Source: Kiritimatiellia bacterium
GTDB lineage: Bacteria; Verrucomicrobiota; Kiritimatiellia; RFP12; UBA1067
DNA: 64,000 nucleotides
Direction: 5' to 3'
Assembly: GCA_050949565.1 (NCBI GenBank)
Contig: JBMNFY010000017.1
Span: 128,001 to 192,000, forward strand
A model generated the notes under the pieces. The model searched no databases. It had not been told where the DNA came from and saw only the letters and a program-made list of their open reading frames with translations. Position 1 is the stretch's first letter. Every line of letters begins with the position of its first letter. This document shows, piece after piece, positions 50,104 through 58,411 of the stretch. A program made the translations under genes and the position numbers.

Positions 50104-50685
50104 ATGACAAAAGCGTGCGATCTCAAGAAAGGCAGTCTCGTCGGCATTCGCGGGCTGCCTCATGTGCTTGAAAATCTGAGTATCACAACCCCCAGTGCCC
50201 GCGGTGCGGCATCGATCTACCATTTCCGCTTCCGCAACCTGATCACCAAAGCCAAACAGGACATCTCCTGCAAGGGCGAAGAGCCGTTCGATGATATCGA
50301 TTTCGAGCGTCGTCCGGTGCAATACCTGTATCGGGAGGACGACCTCTACACCTTCATGGACACCGAGGACTTCTCGCAGTTCACCCTTCCTGCATCGGCC
50401 ATCGAAGAGCAACTCGATTACTTGGTCGAAGACATGGAGGGCATTGCCGCGCTGATTTCCGACGGCAAGATCCTTACGATCGAAGTGCCGCACAAGGTGG
50501 TGCTGACCATCGAATCCTGCGATCCGGTGATGAAGGGTGCCTCGGTAACGGCGCGCACCAAGCCCGCCAAATGCCAAACCGGCCTGGTGGTTCAGGTGCC
50601 CGAGTATCTGGAAGCCGGAGAAGCGATCATCGTGGACACCACGACCGGCACCTACCTCTCGCGCGCCACAACCGCAAAGCTTTAA
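50104..50685 (+). CDS. yeiP: Elongation factor P-like protein (EfpL/YeiP type)
   Basis: EF-P fold motifs (FMDTEDF, KGAS..RTKPA...TGLVVQVPEYL, VDT); the loop is PSARG rather than PGKG. Confidence 0.8.
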   Translation: MTKACDLKKGSLVGIRGLPHVLENLSITTPSARGAASIYHFRFRNLITKAKQDISCKGEEPFDDIDFERRPVQYLYREDDLYTFMDTEDFSQFTLPASAIEEQLDYLVEDMEGIAALISDGKILTIEVPHKVVLTIESCDPVMKGASVTARTKPAKCQTGLVVQVPEYLEAGEAIIVDTTTGTYLSRATTAKL

Positions 50686-50692
50686 CCACCAA

Positions 50693-50727
50693 TTCTTAAC
50701 TCCTAACTCCTAACTCCTAACTCCTAA
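50693..50727. repeat. Heptamer tandem repeat (CTCCTAA)n
   Basis: TTCTTAACTCCTAACTCCTAACTCCTAACTCCTAA. Confidence 0.85.
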
Positions 50728-50741
50728 ATTCCGAGGCTCCT

Positions 50742-52406
50742 ATGAACAGCGACCAAGTCAAAACCGGATTCCAACGCGCCCCCCACCGCAGCCTCTTCAT
50801 GGCCACCGGCATCAAGCGGGACGATTTCAAAAAACCGTTCATCGGTGTCTGCAACTCCTACACGGACGTCATTCCGGGCCACTGCCACCTCAACAAGGTC
50901 GCGGAGCAGGTCAAGCAGTGTATCCGTGAAGCGGGCGGAGTACCTTTCGAATTCAACACGATCGGCATCTGCGATGGCATCGCGATGGGACATAGCGGCA
51001 TGAAATACTCGCTACCCAGCCGTGAACTGATCGCGGACTGCGTGGAGTCCATGGTCAAGGCGCACTGTTTTGACGCCATGATCTGCATCCCCAACTGCGA
51101 CAAGATCACCCCCGGCATGATCCTCGGTGCGATCCGCGCCAACATCCCTACGATCTTCGCCAGCGGCGGGCCGATGCGCGCCGGAAAGTTTGACGGACGG
51201 GCGATGGACCTGATCTCAGTCTTTGAAGGCGTGGCCCAGTACAAGAGCGGCGCCATCAGCGAAGAACAACTGACGCAGATCGAAGAGGCGAGCTGCCCCG
51301 GTTGCGGCTCCTGCTCCGGCATGTTCACCGCCAACTCAATGAACTGCCTCTGCGAGGCGATCGGTCTGGCGCTGCCCGGCAACGGCTCGATCCTGGCCGA
51401 CGACCCAGCCCGCAAAGACCTCTGGCGGCGCGCGGCACAGCGCGTCGTCGAGATGGCGCGGAACGAATCCCCGCGCCCGCGCGATCTCATCACACGCGCC
51501 TCGATCGACAACGCCTTCGCGCTAGATATGGCCATGGGCGGCAGTTCCAACACCGTGCTGCACACCCTCGCCATCGCGCATGAAGCGGGCATCGACTACG
51601 ATCTCGACCGCATCAACGCCATTTCGCAACGCTGCCCGAACGTCTGCAAGGTCGCGCCCTCCTGTGCCTACCACATGGAGGATGTCGACGCCGCAGGCGG
51701 CATCCCGGCGATCCTCAAACGCATCGCCGACATTCCGGGCCTGCTCGACACCACCTGCCTGACTGTCAGCGGCCAGACTATCGGCGAGATCATCGCCGCC
51801 GCCGAGGTCAAGAACGCACAGGTCATCCGCACGCTGGACAACGCCTACTCGCAAGACGGCGGGCTGACCATCTTGCGCGGCAATCTGGCCGAGCAAGGGG
51901 CGGTAGTCAAAAAGGCCGGCGTCTCTGCTGCCATGCTGACCTTCGAGGGAACGGCCATCTGCTTCGACTCTGAGGAAGAGGCGTGCGAAGGCATCCTCGC
52001 CGGCAAGGTCAAGCCCGGCCATGTGGTGGTCATCCGCTACGAAGGTCCGCGCGGCGGCCCCGGCATGCAAGAGATGCTGGGCCCGACCTCCTACATCATG
52101 GGTGCGGGGCTCGGCGAATCCGTGGCGTTGATCACCGACGGACGCTTCTCCGGCGGCACGCGTGGTGCCTGCATCGGCCACGTCTCGCCCGAAGCGGCCG
52201 AAGGCGGTCTGATCGGGCTGCTGCGTAACGGCGACCGCATCCGCATCGACATTCCAGGCCGCCGCTTGGAAGCGCTGCTTGACGACTCCGAGATTGAGAG
52301 CCGCCGTGCCGCTGCACCGGCTTGGCAGCCGCGCGACATGGGCGGATGGCTACGCCGCTACGCCCTGATGGTGGGCAACGCCAGCTCCGGTGCTTCTCTT
52401 TGCTGA
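50742..52406 (+). CDS. ilvD: Dihydroxy-acid dehydratase
   Basis: [59 protein letters not shown]. Confidence 0.96.
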   Translation: MNSDQVKTGFQRAPHRSLFMATGIKRDDFKKPFIGVCNSYTDVIPGHCHLNKVAEQVKQCIREAGGVPFEFNTIGICDGIAMGHSGMKYSLPSRELIADCVESMVKAHCFDAMICIPNCDKITPGMILGAIRANIPTIFASGGPMRAGKFDGRAMDLISVFEGVAQYKSGAISEEQLTQIEEASCPGCGSCSGMFTANSMNCLCEAIGLALPGNGSILADDPARKDLWRRAAQRVVEMARNESPRPRDLITRASIDNAFALDMAMGGSSNTVLHTLAIAHEAGIDYDLDRINAISQRCPNVCKVAPSCAYHMEDVDAAGGIPAILKRIADIPGLLDTTCLTVSGQTIGEIIAAAEVKNAQVIRTLDNAYSQDGGLTILRGNLAEQGAVVKKAGVSAAMLTFEGTAICFDSEEEACEGILAGKVKPGHVVVIRYEGPRGGPGMQEMLGPTSYIMGAGLGESVALITDGRFSGGTRGACIGHVSPEAAEGGLIGLLRNGDRIRIDIPGRRLEALLDDSEIESRRAAAPAWQPRDMGGWLRRYALMVGNASSGASLC

Positions 52407-52485
52407 AGGTTAGGCGGTCATAGTACGGCGCCGAAAAGAGGTCGGACGTCTGACACGCATGGGCAGTCCGAGACGTCCTGCCCCA

Positions 52486-52554
52486 CTATGCCGTTCCCAA
52501 TCCGTTCATCAGGCTTGAGAATGCCGGAAAAAGATATTTCGCTGCATTCAGCAT
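52486..52554 (-). CDS. Small ORF (22 aa, MLNAAKYLFPAFSSLMNGLGTA) or gene remnant
   Basis: Strong RBS GAGGAGG 6 nt before the ATG, downstream of the duplicated promoter at 52627-52662. Confidence 0.35.
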   Translation of the reverse strand: MLNAAKYLFPAFSSLMNGLGTA

Positions 52555-52626
52555 AGCCACCCTCCTCACAGTAATCTGGTGCCAACCGCCCGTATAGCGA
52601 TGTCGCACCTCCACGAACACACTGAT

Positions 52627-52662
52627 ACTCTACCACGCACCACATCGTCCCGCAACACGGGA
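52627..52662 (-). promoter_or_regulatory. Promoter/operator copy 2 (TTGCGG-17 nt-TAGAGT, TCCCG-N5-CGGGA palindrome)
   Basis: Homologous to 54516-54551. Confidence 0.55.
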
Positions 52663-52715
52663 ATAGGGAGCAAAGCAAGAACTTGAAGTAAGAAGTAATA
52701 AGAATGCGCGCGGAG

Positions 52716-54446
52716 TCAGATCTCACCCGCACGCATTTTTTTGATCATGTTGCTGTAATCGTCCCATTCGCGGTACGTGCTGCAACGGTATTTCTTGCCA
52801 AGCTCTTCTAAGCGGTCGATGAGTGCGACACGTTCGGGGATCTGCCGTTTTTCCGCTTGGGCATGCGCCAGCAGATCCTTGTAGCGGTAAACCATCGCGC
52901 AGAGCATCGCGGCGGAAAGCTTCTCCACCTGCGCGTGAGTGCGCACATCCCTGATCGTCGCCGCGATCGCGCGATTCTGCAAGTCGTAACATTCGAGCAT
53001 CGCCTCAGGCGTGAGCCATTTGGCGGTGTCACAGCCGTAAGGCCCGATCCCTTTGCGTATTTTCAGCAACTTGTCCCAATAGGCCTTCATCAACGGCGCG
53101 CCCGCGCCGCAGGCACCGGCGATCCATTCATCAATCAACTGCTCCGAATCCAAATCGGGGTTCCAGGCGGTCCGTCCCCACAGCCAGCAACGCAGATCCA
53201 CCCAGTCGGCAAGAGTGCCCCACGGCAACTGAGCAACCAATCCTGCAACGCCGTGGTCGCGATACACCCGCATATTCGGGCCGATCGTATCCGCCGCAGG
53301 CGCAGGTAAAATGAAGTTGGAAAATCGCGCGTTGTAGTCCCAAATATACAGTGGATTATGCGCGAGCTTTTTCCATCCAAGCAGAGCATTCATGTAAGGC
53401 TCGTTCTGCGCGATGGGTGTCGTGAAGTCCCGCAATTTCGCGAAACACACGGTTACGTTCGGCTCAAGCGTCATCGTTTTTGGCGGTCTTTCGGTCGTCC
53501 AATAAGCCAGCATCACAATACGCACATCGGGATACTCTTCCGCCACCAATCTGGCGACACGGTTCACGGCGATCATCAGTAGCGCACTGTCTGACTGCTC
53601 CGTGGCGCGCACCTTTTTGCAGGCCTCGCACTGGCAATACCGATCAGAATCATTGCCGGAGATCGAGAGCGTTTTCGTATCGGGATGTGACTTCAAAAAC
53701 GTCAACACCTCCTTCTCAAGCTGTGCCAGCATTTCTGGATTGGAGGTGCAGAGTTGCTCCGGGACCCGCTTGGCCTCTTTGTCCCGCCACGCATACCATT
53801 CAGGGTGATCCTTGAAAAAAACACTCGCCTTGACCCACCGCCGCGTCAGCGTTTCCCCGACATCCACCTCAACTTTGCCGCCCCAGTTGTCGGGCATTTT
53901 AGGCTGGCCCCAGTAGGTCCCGTTCAGCCGGTTTTTGACGGCCCAACGGTAATCCGCGCAACTGCTCTCGCCGTATGCCTGACGCCAGGCGAACGGCGGC
54001 GCGTAGACCTTAGCGAAACTCCGATCCACCGCGAGCGTCTTGAGTTGCGGCACGGTTTCATTCGCCGGTGCCCAGGAGCGGCAACCGAACCGTTCCAGAA
54101 GCTCGTAAACCGCATACAACGTTCCGCGCGGCTGGTCGCCGGTCAGTTCAAGCGTCGTGTCGTCCCGGAAACGGATGCACACTTCATCGGTCTTAACCGC
54201 CTTGTAGTCAGTGCCGAGCATCACGACATGCAACCCCGGTACCGGAGTTGCGGAAACCTGCATTTTCACGCCGGTCATTTGATAAACGTAGTTGGTGAGT
54301 TCATTCGCGGCGGTGAGCGTGGTCGGGGCGGGATGCTCACCCACCACCGCCACCGCCTGCGCCTGGCTATTTCTGACGAGATCAAACGCCCCTACTGAAA
54401 ACACCGCGCAGATCATCGGCACCGACACATACACACGTCTGCTCAT
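52716..54446 (-). CDS. Secreted DUF4838 domain protein (glycoside-hydrolase-like)
   Basis: Start MSRRVYV; AANEL..Y...MTG, RGTLYAVYELLE, PPFAWR, HPEWYA, QLCTSNP, CQCEAC, LAY, YIWDY. Confidence 0.8.
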   Translation of the reverse strand: MSRRVYVSVPMICAVFSVGAFDLVRNSQAQAVAVVGEHPAPTTLTAANELTNYVYQMTGVKMQVSATPVPGLHVVMLGTDYKAVKTDEVCIRFRDDTTLELTGDQPRGTLYAVYELLERFGCRSWAPANETVPQLKTLAVDRSFAKVYAPPFAWRQAYGESSCADYRWAVKNRLNGTYWGQPKMPDNWGGKVEVDVGETLTRRWVKASVFFKDHPEWYAWRDKEAKRVPEQLCTSNPEMLAQLEKEVLTFLKSHPDTKTLSISGNDSDRYCQCEACKKVRATEQSDSALLMIAVNRVARLVAEEYPDVRIVMLAYWTTERPPKTMTLEPNVTVCFAKLRDFTTPIAQNEPYMNALLGWKKLAHNPLYIWDYNARFSNFILPAPAADTIGPNMRVYRDHGVAGLVAQLPWGTLADWVDLRCWLWGRTAWNPDLDSEQLIDEWIAGACGAGAPLMKAYWDKLLKIRKGIGPYGCDTAKWLTPEAMLECYDLQNRAIAATIRDVRTHAQVEKLSAAMLCAMVYRYKDLLAHAQAEKRQIPERVALIDRLEELGKKYRCSTYREWDDYSNMIKKMRAGEI

Positions 54447-54515
54447 GTTCTTCTTATCCTCTTCCTTCTGATACCTCCCCACATGGCGATATCTCAACTC
54501 TATGAACACGCCGGT

Positions 54516-54573
54516 ACTCTACCACGCGACACACCGTCCCGCAATGCGGGAGTGTGACATGCGGGAGCGTGAC
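54516..54573 (-). promoter_or_regulatory. Promoter/operator copy 1 upstream of the DUF4838 gene, plus a 15-bp direct repeat
   Basis: TTGCGG-17 nt-TAGAGT with TGn extension; TCCCG-N5-CGGGA; ATGCGGGAGYGTGAC twice. Confidence 0.55.
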
Positions 54574-54749
54574 CCTGTTTTTTCTTTTTTTCCGTGTTCC
54601 CGGTAGACAAAACGGCGGCCTACCGATACAATGCGGGTGTGAAAGCGAAACCACGCCTTGTGCGGGTTTTATCACGGCTGTCGGCATTAGCGGTCGGCAG
54701 CGTTGATTGAAAACAGATCTTTACAACTAAAGGAAAGGAGCGTTCGGCT

Positions 54750-56012
54750 ATGAAAGACCATGATCAACCGGGCAAAGTGGCGCTGGATACTCATGTCACG
54801 GATCTCTCCATCACGCCGACAGAACGGGATGTGCTGCGGCGTTTGGGCGAGCGTGTCATGGAGTTATCCACGCGCCAAATCGAGGCGGAGAAAAAGGTGC
54901 TGTGGACGCGCACCAACATGCTGCAACCCGCGCGTCCGTTGATTTTGTGTGACCCGGAGTTCAGTTGGCGTGAAATCATTCCGGACTCCTCGCTGGAGTG
55001 CACGCACAGCTTGGCGCGGCATTGGGAACGCCGGCTACGCAAAGAGATTTTCTGGGGTGAGAAAATGGGGGACGACCGGGTGGTCGAAAGCCGTTTCAAG
55101 GTAGGGTGGATCTATAAGCGGACGTATTGGGGGCCGGATACGTCGTCGATCACACCACAGCCGATGCTGACCGACTTGAATGATTTGAGCGGACTTCAGT
55201 TTCAGACGATCACAGTGGATCGTGAGGCGACAACCGAGGTCGTGCATCTGGCGCGCGAGATTTTCGACAGGGTGCTGCCGGTCAAGTTGCGCGAACAGTG
55301 GTATTGGTCGTTAGGCCTGACGCGCGAGTTGATCAAACTGCGCGGTTTTGACCGGTATATGCGGGACATCAAAGAGAACCCCCAAGGCGTACACAACCTG
55401 ATGGCGTTTCTGCGGGACGGCACGCTGGACCTGATTACCTTTTTGGAAAATGCGGGGCTTTACAGCTTGAACAACGAGGGCGACTACATCGGCTCCGGCG
55501 GATTTGGCTGGACCACGCAGTTGCCGGCTAAAGACTATCAGGGCACGGCACGCGCCAAAGACCTGTGGGCGTTGTTTGAGAGTCAAGACACCAAGGAATT
55601 GGCGCCTGAGTTGTTCGACGAGTTTGTGCTGCAATATCAGAAGCCGGTGATGGAGCGTTTCGGGCTGGTGTGCTACGGTTGCTGCGAACCGATCAGCGAG
55701 CGCTGGCATCTGCTCAAAGACATCCCGAACATCCGCCGCGTCAGCGTGTCACCGACATGCGACCGTGCCAAAATGGTGGATGCGCTGCAAGACAAGTATG
55801 TTTACTCCTGCCGCCCGAACCCCGAGATCCTCACGGCCAGCACCTTTGACGAGGATGCCGCCCGCAAGGATATCCGGGACATCCTCGAGAAAGCACGAGG
55901 GTGCTGTCTCGAGATCATCATGAAGGATCACGACACGATCCACAATGATCCGTCGCGTGCGGTAGCATGGTGCAAGATCGCCAAAGAGGAGATTGGACGC
56001 TATTACAAATAA
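54750..56012 (+). CDS. URO-D / MtaA-CmuA methyltransferase-fold protein
   Basis: LRGFD..M.DI..NP..VH.LM, ESQD, FDEFVLQYQ, YGCCEP, RRVSVSP, LEIIMKD. Confidence 0.6.
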   Translation: MKDHDQPGKVALDTHVTDLSITPTERDVLRRLGERVMELSTRQIEAEKKVLWTRTNMLQPARPLILCDPEFSWREIIPDSSLECTHSLARHWERRLRKEIFWGEKMGDDRVVESRFKVGWIYKRTYWGPDTSSITPQPMLTDLNDLSGLQFQTITVDREATTEVVHLAREIFDRVLPVKLREQWYWSLGLTRELIKLRGFDRYMRDIKENPQGVHNLMAFLRDGTLDLITFLENAGLYSLNNEGDYIGSGGFGWTTQLPAKDYQGTARAKDLWALFESQDTKELAPELFDEFVLQYQKPVMERFGLVCYGCCEPISERWHLLKDIPNIRRVSVSPTCDRAKMVDALQDKYVYSCRPNPEILTASTFDEDAARKDIRDILEKARGCCLEIIMKDHDTIHNDPSRAVAWCKIAKEEIGRYYK

Positions 56013-56018
56013 GGCGTG

Positions 56019-56052
56019 GTTTGTAGGTGTCACGTCGTTGACACCTACAAAC
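56019..56052. terminator. Perfect 14-bp hairpin after the stop codon (possible terminator)
   Basis: GTTTGTAGGTGTCA-cgtcgt-TGACACCTACAAAC; no clear U-tract. Confidence 0.5.
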
Positions 56053-56146
56053 AATTCAGTCACAATACTCTCACAAATTGGGATAATCGCAGGACGGGTG
56101 TTGGCGGGTGCCTTCCCCCGAGTTTCTTGCCGTTTGAAAGGACAGT

Positions 56147-56980
56147 ATGCAAAGCCTAATCAACCATTTGAACCAGCTTCAAGAATTGGTTTTAATACGT
56201 GATGAGCATCGGACCACCGGCGACGGACGGCACATGGAAAGCCTAAACACCTCGATCGACCAATTGACCGACAAGCTGCCGCCGGAAATCAAGTCGCTCT
56301 ATCAGCGCCTCTACAAAAAAGACCACATCGTGATGGCACCGATGTATAACGGGTGCTGCGCGATTTGCGGCATGCGCATGCCGATCAGTCAGGTGCAGGC
56401 GGTGCGTCTCTGCAAGCAGATCCAGAACTGCCCGAGCTGCGCGCGCATTCTGTTCGAGGAAAGTGATGCGCCGCGTTGGGTCGGAGAGACGCCCAGCCGC
56501 ACAGCGCCCCGCAAGGTGGGTATCTCGCGTTTTTCGGCCGAATCGCTGATGGCGCCGGATCTCAAAGGAACCGACCGGGCTGAGGTGATCGCTGAATTGG
56601 CGACGCTGATGGAACAAAAAAACTTTGTTTCCGGCGCGGACAAGTTGATCAAGTCGGCCTTGGAGCGTGAGGCGGTGTTGAGCACGGCGATGGAAAACGG
56701 CTTGGCCTTCCCTCACGTACGCGGTGTGGAAGGCGGCGGCCTGACGTTGGCGCTCGGTGTCTCGAAGAAGGGTGTGACGTTCGATGAGACCGGCACGGTC
56801 TGCAACATCATCTTCTTTATCACGATTCCCACAGCGGTCAGTGCGTTTTATCTGCGCCTCATGTCGGGCCTCACCGAGACGTTCTTGAAGGAGCAAAACC
56901 GCGAGGCGATCTTGGCGGCCGAGACACCTGAACAACTCTGGAAAGCGCTGACCAAAGCGACCCGTTACTCGATCAAGTAG
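56147..56980 (+). CDS. C4-type zinc-ribbon domain fused to a PTS EIIA (PtsN/fructose-type) domain
   Basis: CAICGMRMP...IQNCPSCARILF followed by REAVLSTAMENGLAFPHVR (phospho-His motif). Confidence 0.85.
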   Translation: MQSLINHLNQLQELVLIRDEHRTTGDGRHMESLNTSIDQLTDKLPPEIKSLYQRLYKKDHIVMAPMYNGCCAICGMRMPISQVQAVRLCKQIQNCPSCARILFEESDAPRWVGETPSRTAPRKVGISRFSAESLMAPDLKGTDRAEVIAELATLMEQKNFVSGADKLIKSALEREAVLSTAMENGLAFPHVRGVEGGGLTLALGVSKKGVTFDETGTVCNIIFFITIPTAVSAFYLRLMSGLTETFLKEQNREAILAAETPEQLWKALTKATRYSIK

Positions 56981-57019
56981 CGGAGCGGTCCGCCGCGTAC
57001 GCGGCGAGAGAGAAGGTGT

Positions 57020-58360
57020 ATGCGAGAAATCCGGATCATGGCGAGGGGGGTGTTGTGCGCCGTGCTCGTCGGCGCGGCGTACGCACAACAGGGACCGCGC
57101 GAAGGTCGGCGTAGCGGTGCGCGCGCGCCGCGTGAAATGGCTGCGGACAAACGGATGTCCGTAGCCCCGATCGGGGACGTGCCTGCTGGAGAGCGCACGG
57201 ATGACACGCCTGTATCGCCCGCCGCCGAACGTTCCGCCGCCGAGACCACCGACTATACGCGACTGCTCGAACAGTTCTTGCGGCGCGATGATGAGCAATT
57301 GGAGGTGGTCTTCTATCGCTGCAAATATGTCAGCGCTGAGACCATGCGGCGGCTGCTGGAGAACTTCCTTACACCAGCCGGCACGGTGGGACGCAGCGAC
57401 GAAGATGATGTCGTGGTCGTTTCCGACGTGCCATCACGTCTGCCCCAACTCAAGCAGATTCTGGAACAGACCGACCACCCGGTGGGCCAAGTACTGGTCG
57501 AGGCGCGCATCGTCGAGCTGGAGATCAGCGACGATCTGGTGCGTGACATCCACATGGGCATCGCGAAGATGGGCGAATCGGATTCGGTCCGCAAAATCTT
57601 TCAGGAGCTACTGATCCCCAACTCCGCCGGTGCGGGCGTTGAGGATCTTAAGCACTCGTTCTCCGCAGGCAAAGGCTCGGACGGACGGCTCTGGTCATTC
57701 GTCGGTTTTGATCAGGTCAAGATCTGGGCGATGATCAATTTTCTGGAGGAGCGGGGACGCGCGCGTATTCTCTCATCGCCGAATCTCGTGATCCGGCGCG
57801 GCGCTGACGGCAACATCATGACCGGTGAGAAGGTGCCGGTGTTGTCGCGTACGATCACCGGTAGTAGCGAGAGCATTTCGACGCGCTTTGAGAACGTCGG
57901 CGTCAAACTGATCGTGCGGCCATTGATGATCTCTGGCAACCGTATCCACGTGAAGGTCAATCCTGAAGTATCGAGTTCGTCGCGTACTGTCGATACTGGC
58001 GGCTTCGAAACCCCAGTCATCGTGGTGCGCAGTGCCAGCACAGAACTGGAGGCGAATGACGGCGAACTGATCACCATCGGTGGTCTGATGCGCCAAGAGC
58101 AGCGCGAAACCGAAAAGCGCATCCCCTATTTGGCGGACATCCCTTACTTGGGTTGGCTGTTTCAGTACAAGAAGACCAAGGCGTTCACGTCACAGATCGT
58201 GATCTTCATGACGATGCGCCTGGTCGAGCCGGGCGCATTTGATCAGGTGAGCGGTACGCAGACGACCGGCATGAATGAGGAACTCCGCGCACGTGTCCAG
58301 ACGATCGAAGATGAGGTCACCCGCGAGAATCAGGCGATCTGGGATAGTATGAAGAAGTGA
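57020..58360 (+). CDS. Secretin (type II/IV secretion outer-membrane pore, GspD/PilQ-like), short form
   Basis: QVLVEARIVE, ARILSSPNL, GEKVPV, VGVKLIVRP, IGGL, IPYLADIPYLGWLF. Confidence 0.85.
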   Translation: MREIRIMARGVLCAVLVGAAYAQQGPREGRRSGARAPREMAADKRMSVAPIGDVPAGERTDDTPVSPAAERSAAETTDYTRLLEQFLRRDDEQLEVVFYRCKYVSAETMRRLLENFLTPAGTVGRSDEDDVVVVSDVPSRLPQLKQILEQTDHPVGQVLVEARIVELEISDDLVRDIHMGIAKMGESDSVRKIFQELLIPNSAGAGVEDLKHSFSAGKGSDGRLWSFVGFDQVKIWAMINFLEERGRARILSSPNLVIRRGADGNIMTGEKVPVLSRTITGSSESISTRFENVGVKLIVRPLMISGNRIHVKVNPEVSSSSRTVDTGGFETPVIVVRSASTELEANDGELITIGGLMRQEQRETEKRIPYLADIPYLGWLFQYKKTKAFTSQIVIFMTMRLVEPGAFDQVSGTQTTGMNEELRARVQTIEDEVTRENQAIWDSMKK

Positions 58361-58411
58361 GCGCCGCAAAGGCGCACCGCATGTGCGGCAGATGAAAGGT
58401 AGAAGCGATCC

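Noticed and set aside
52418-52732. 104-aa minus-strand ORF
   Set aside because: It spans a promoter-like element, has no RBS and shows no recognisable features.
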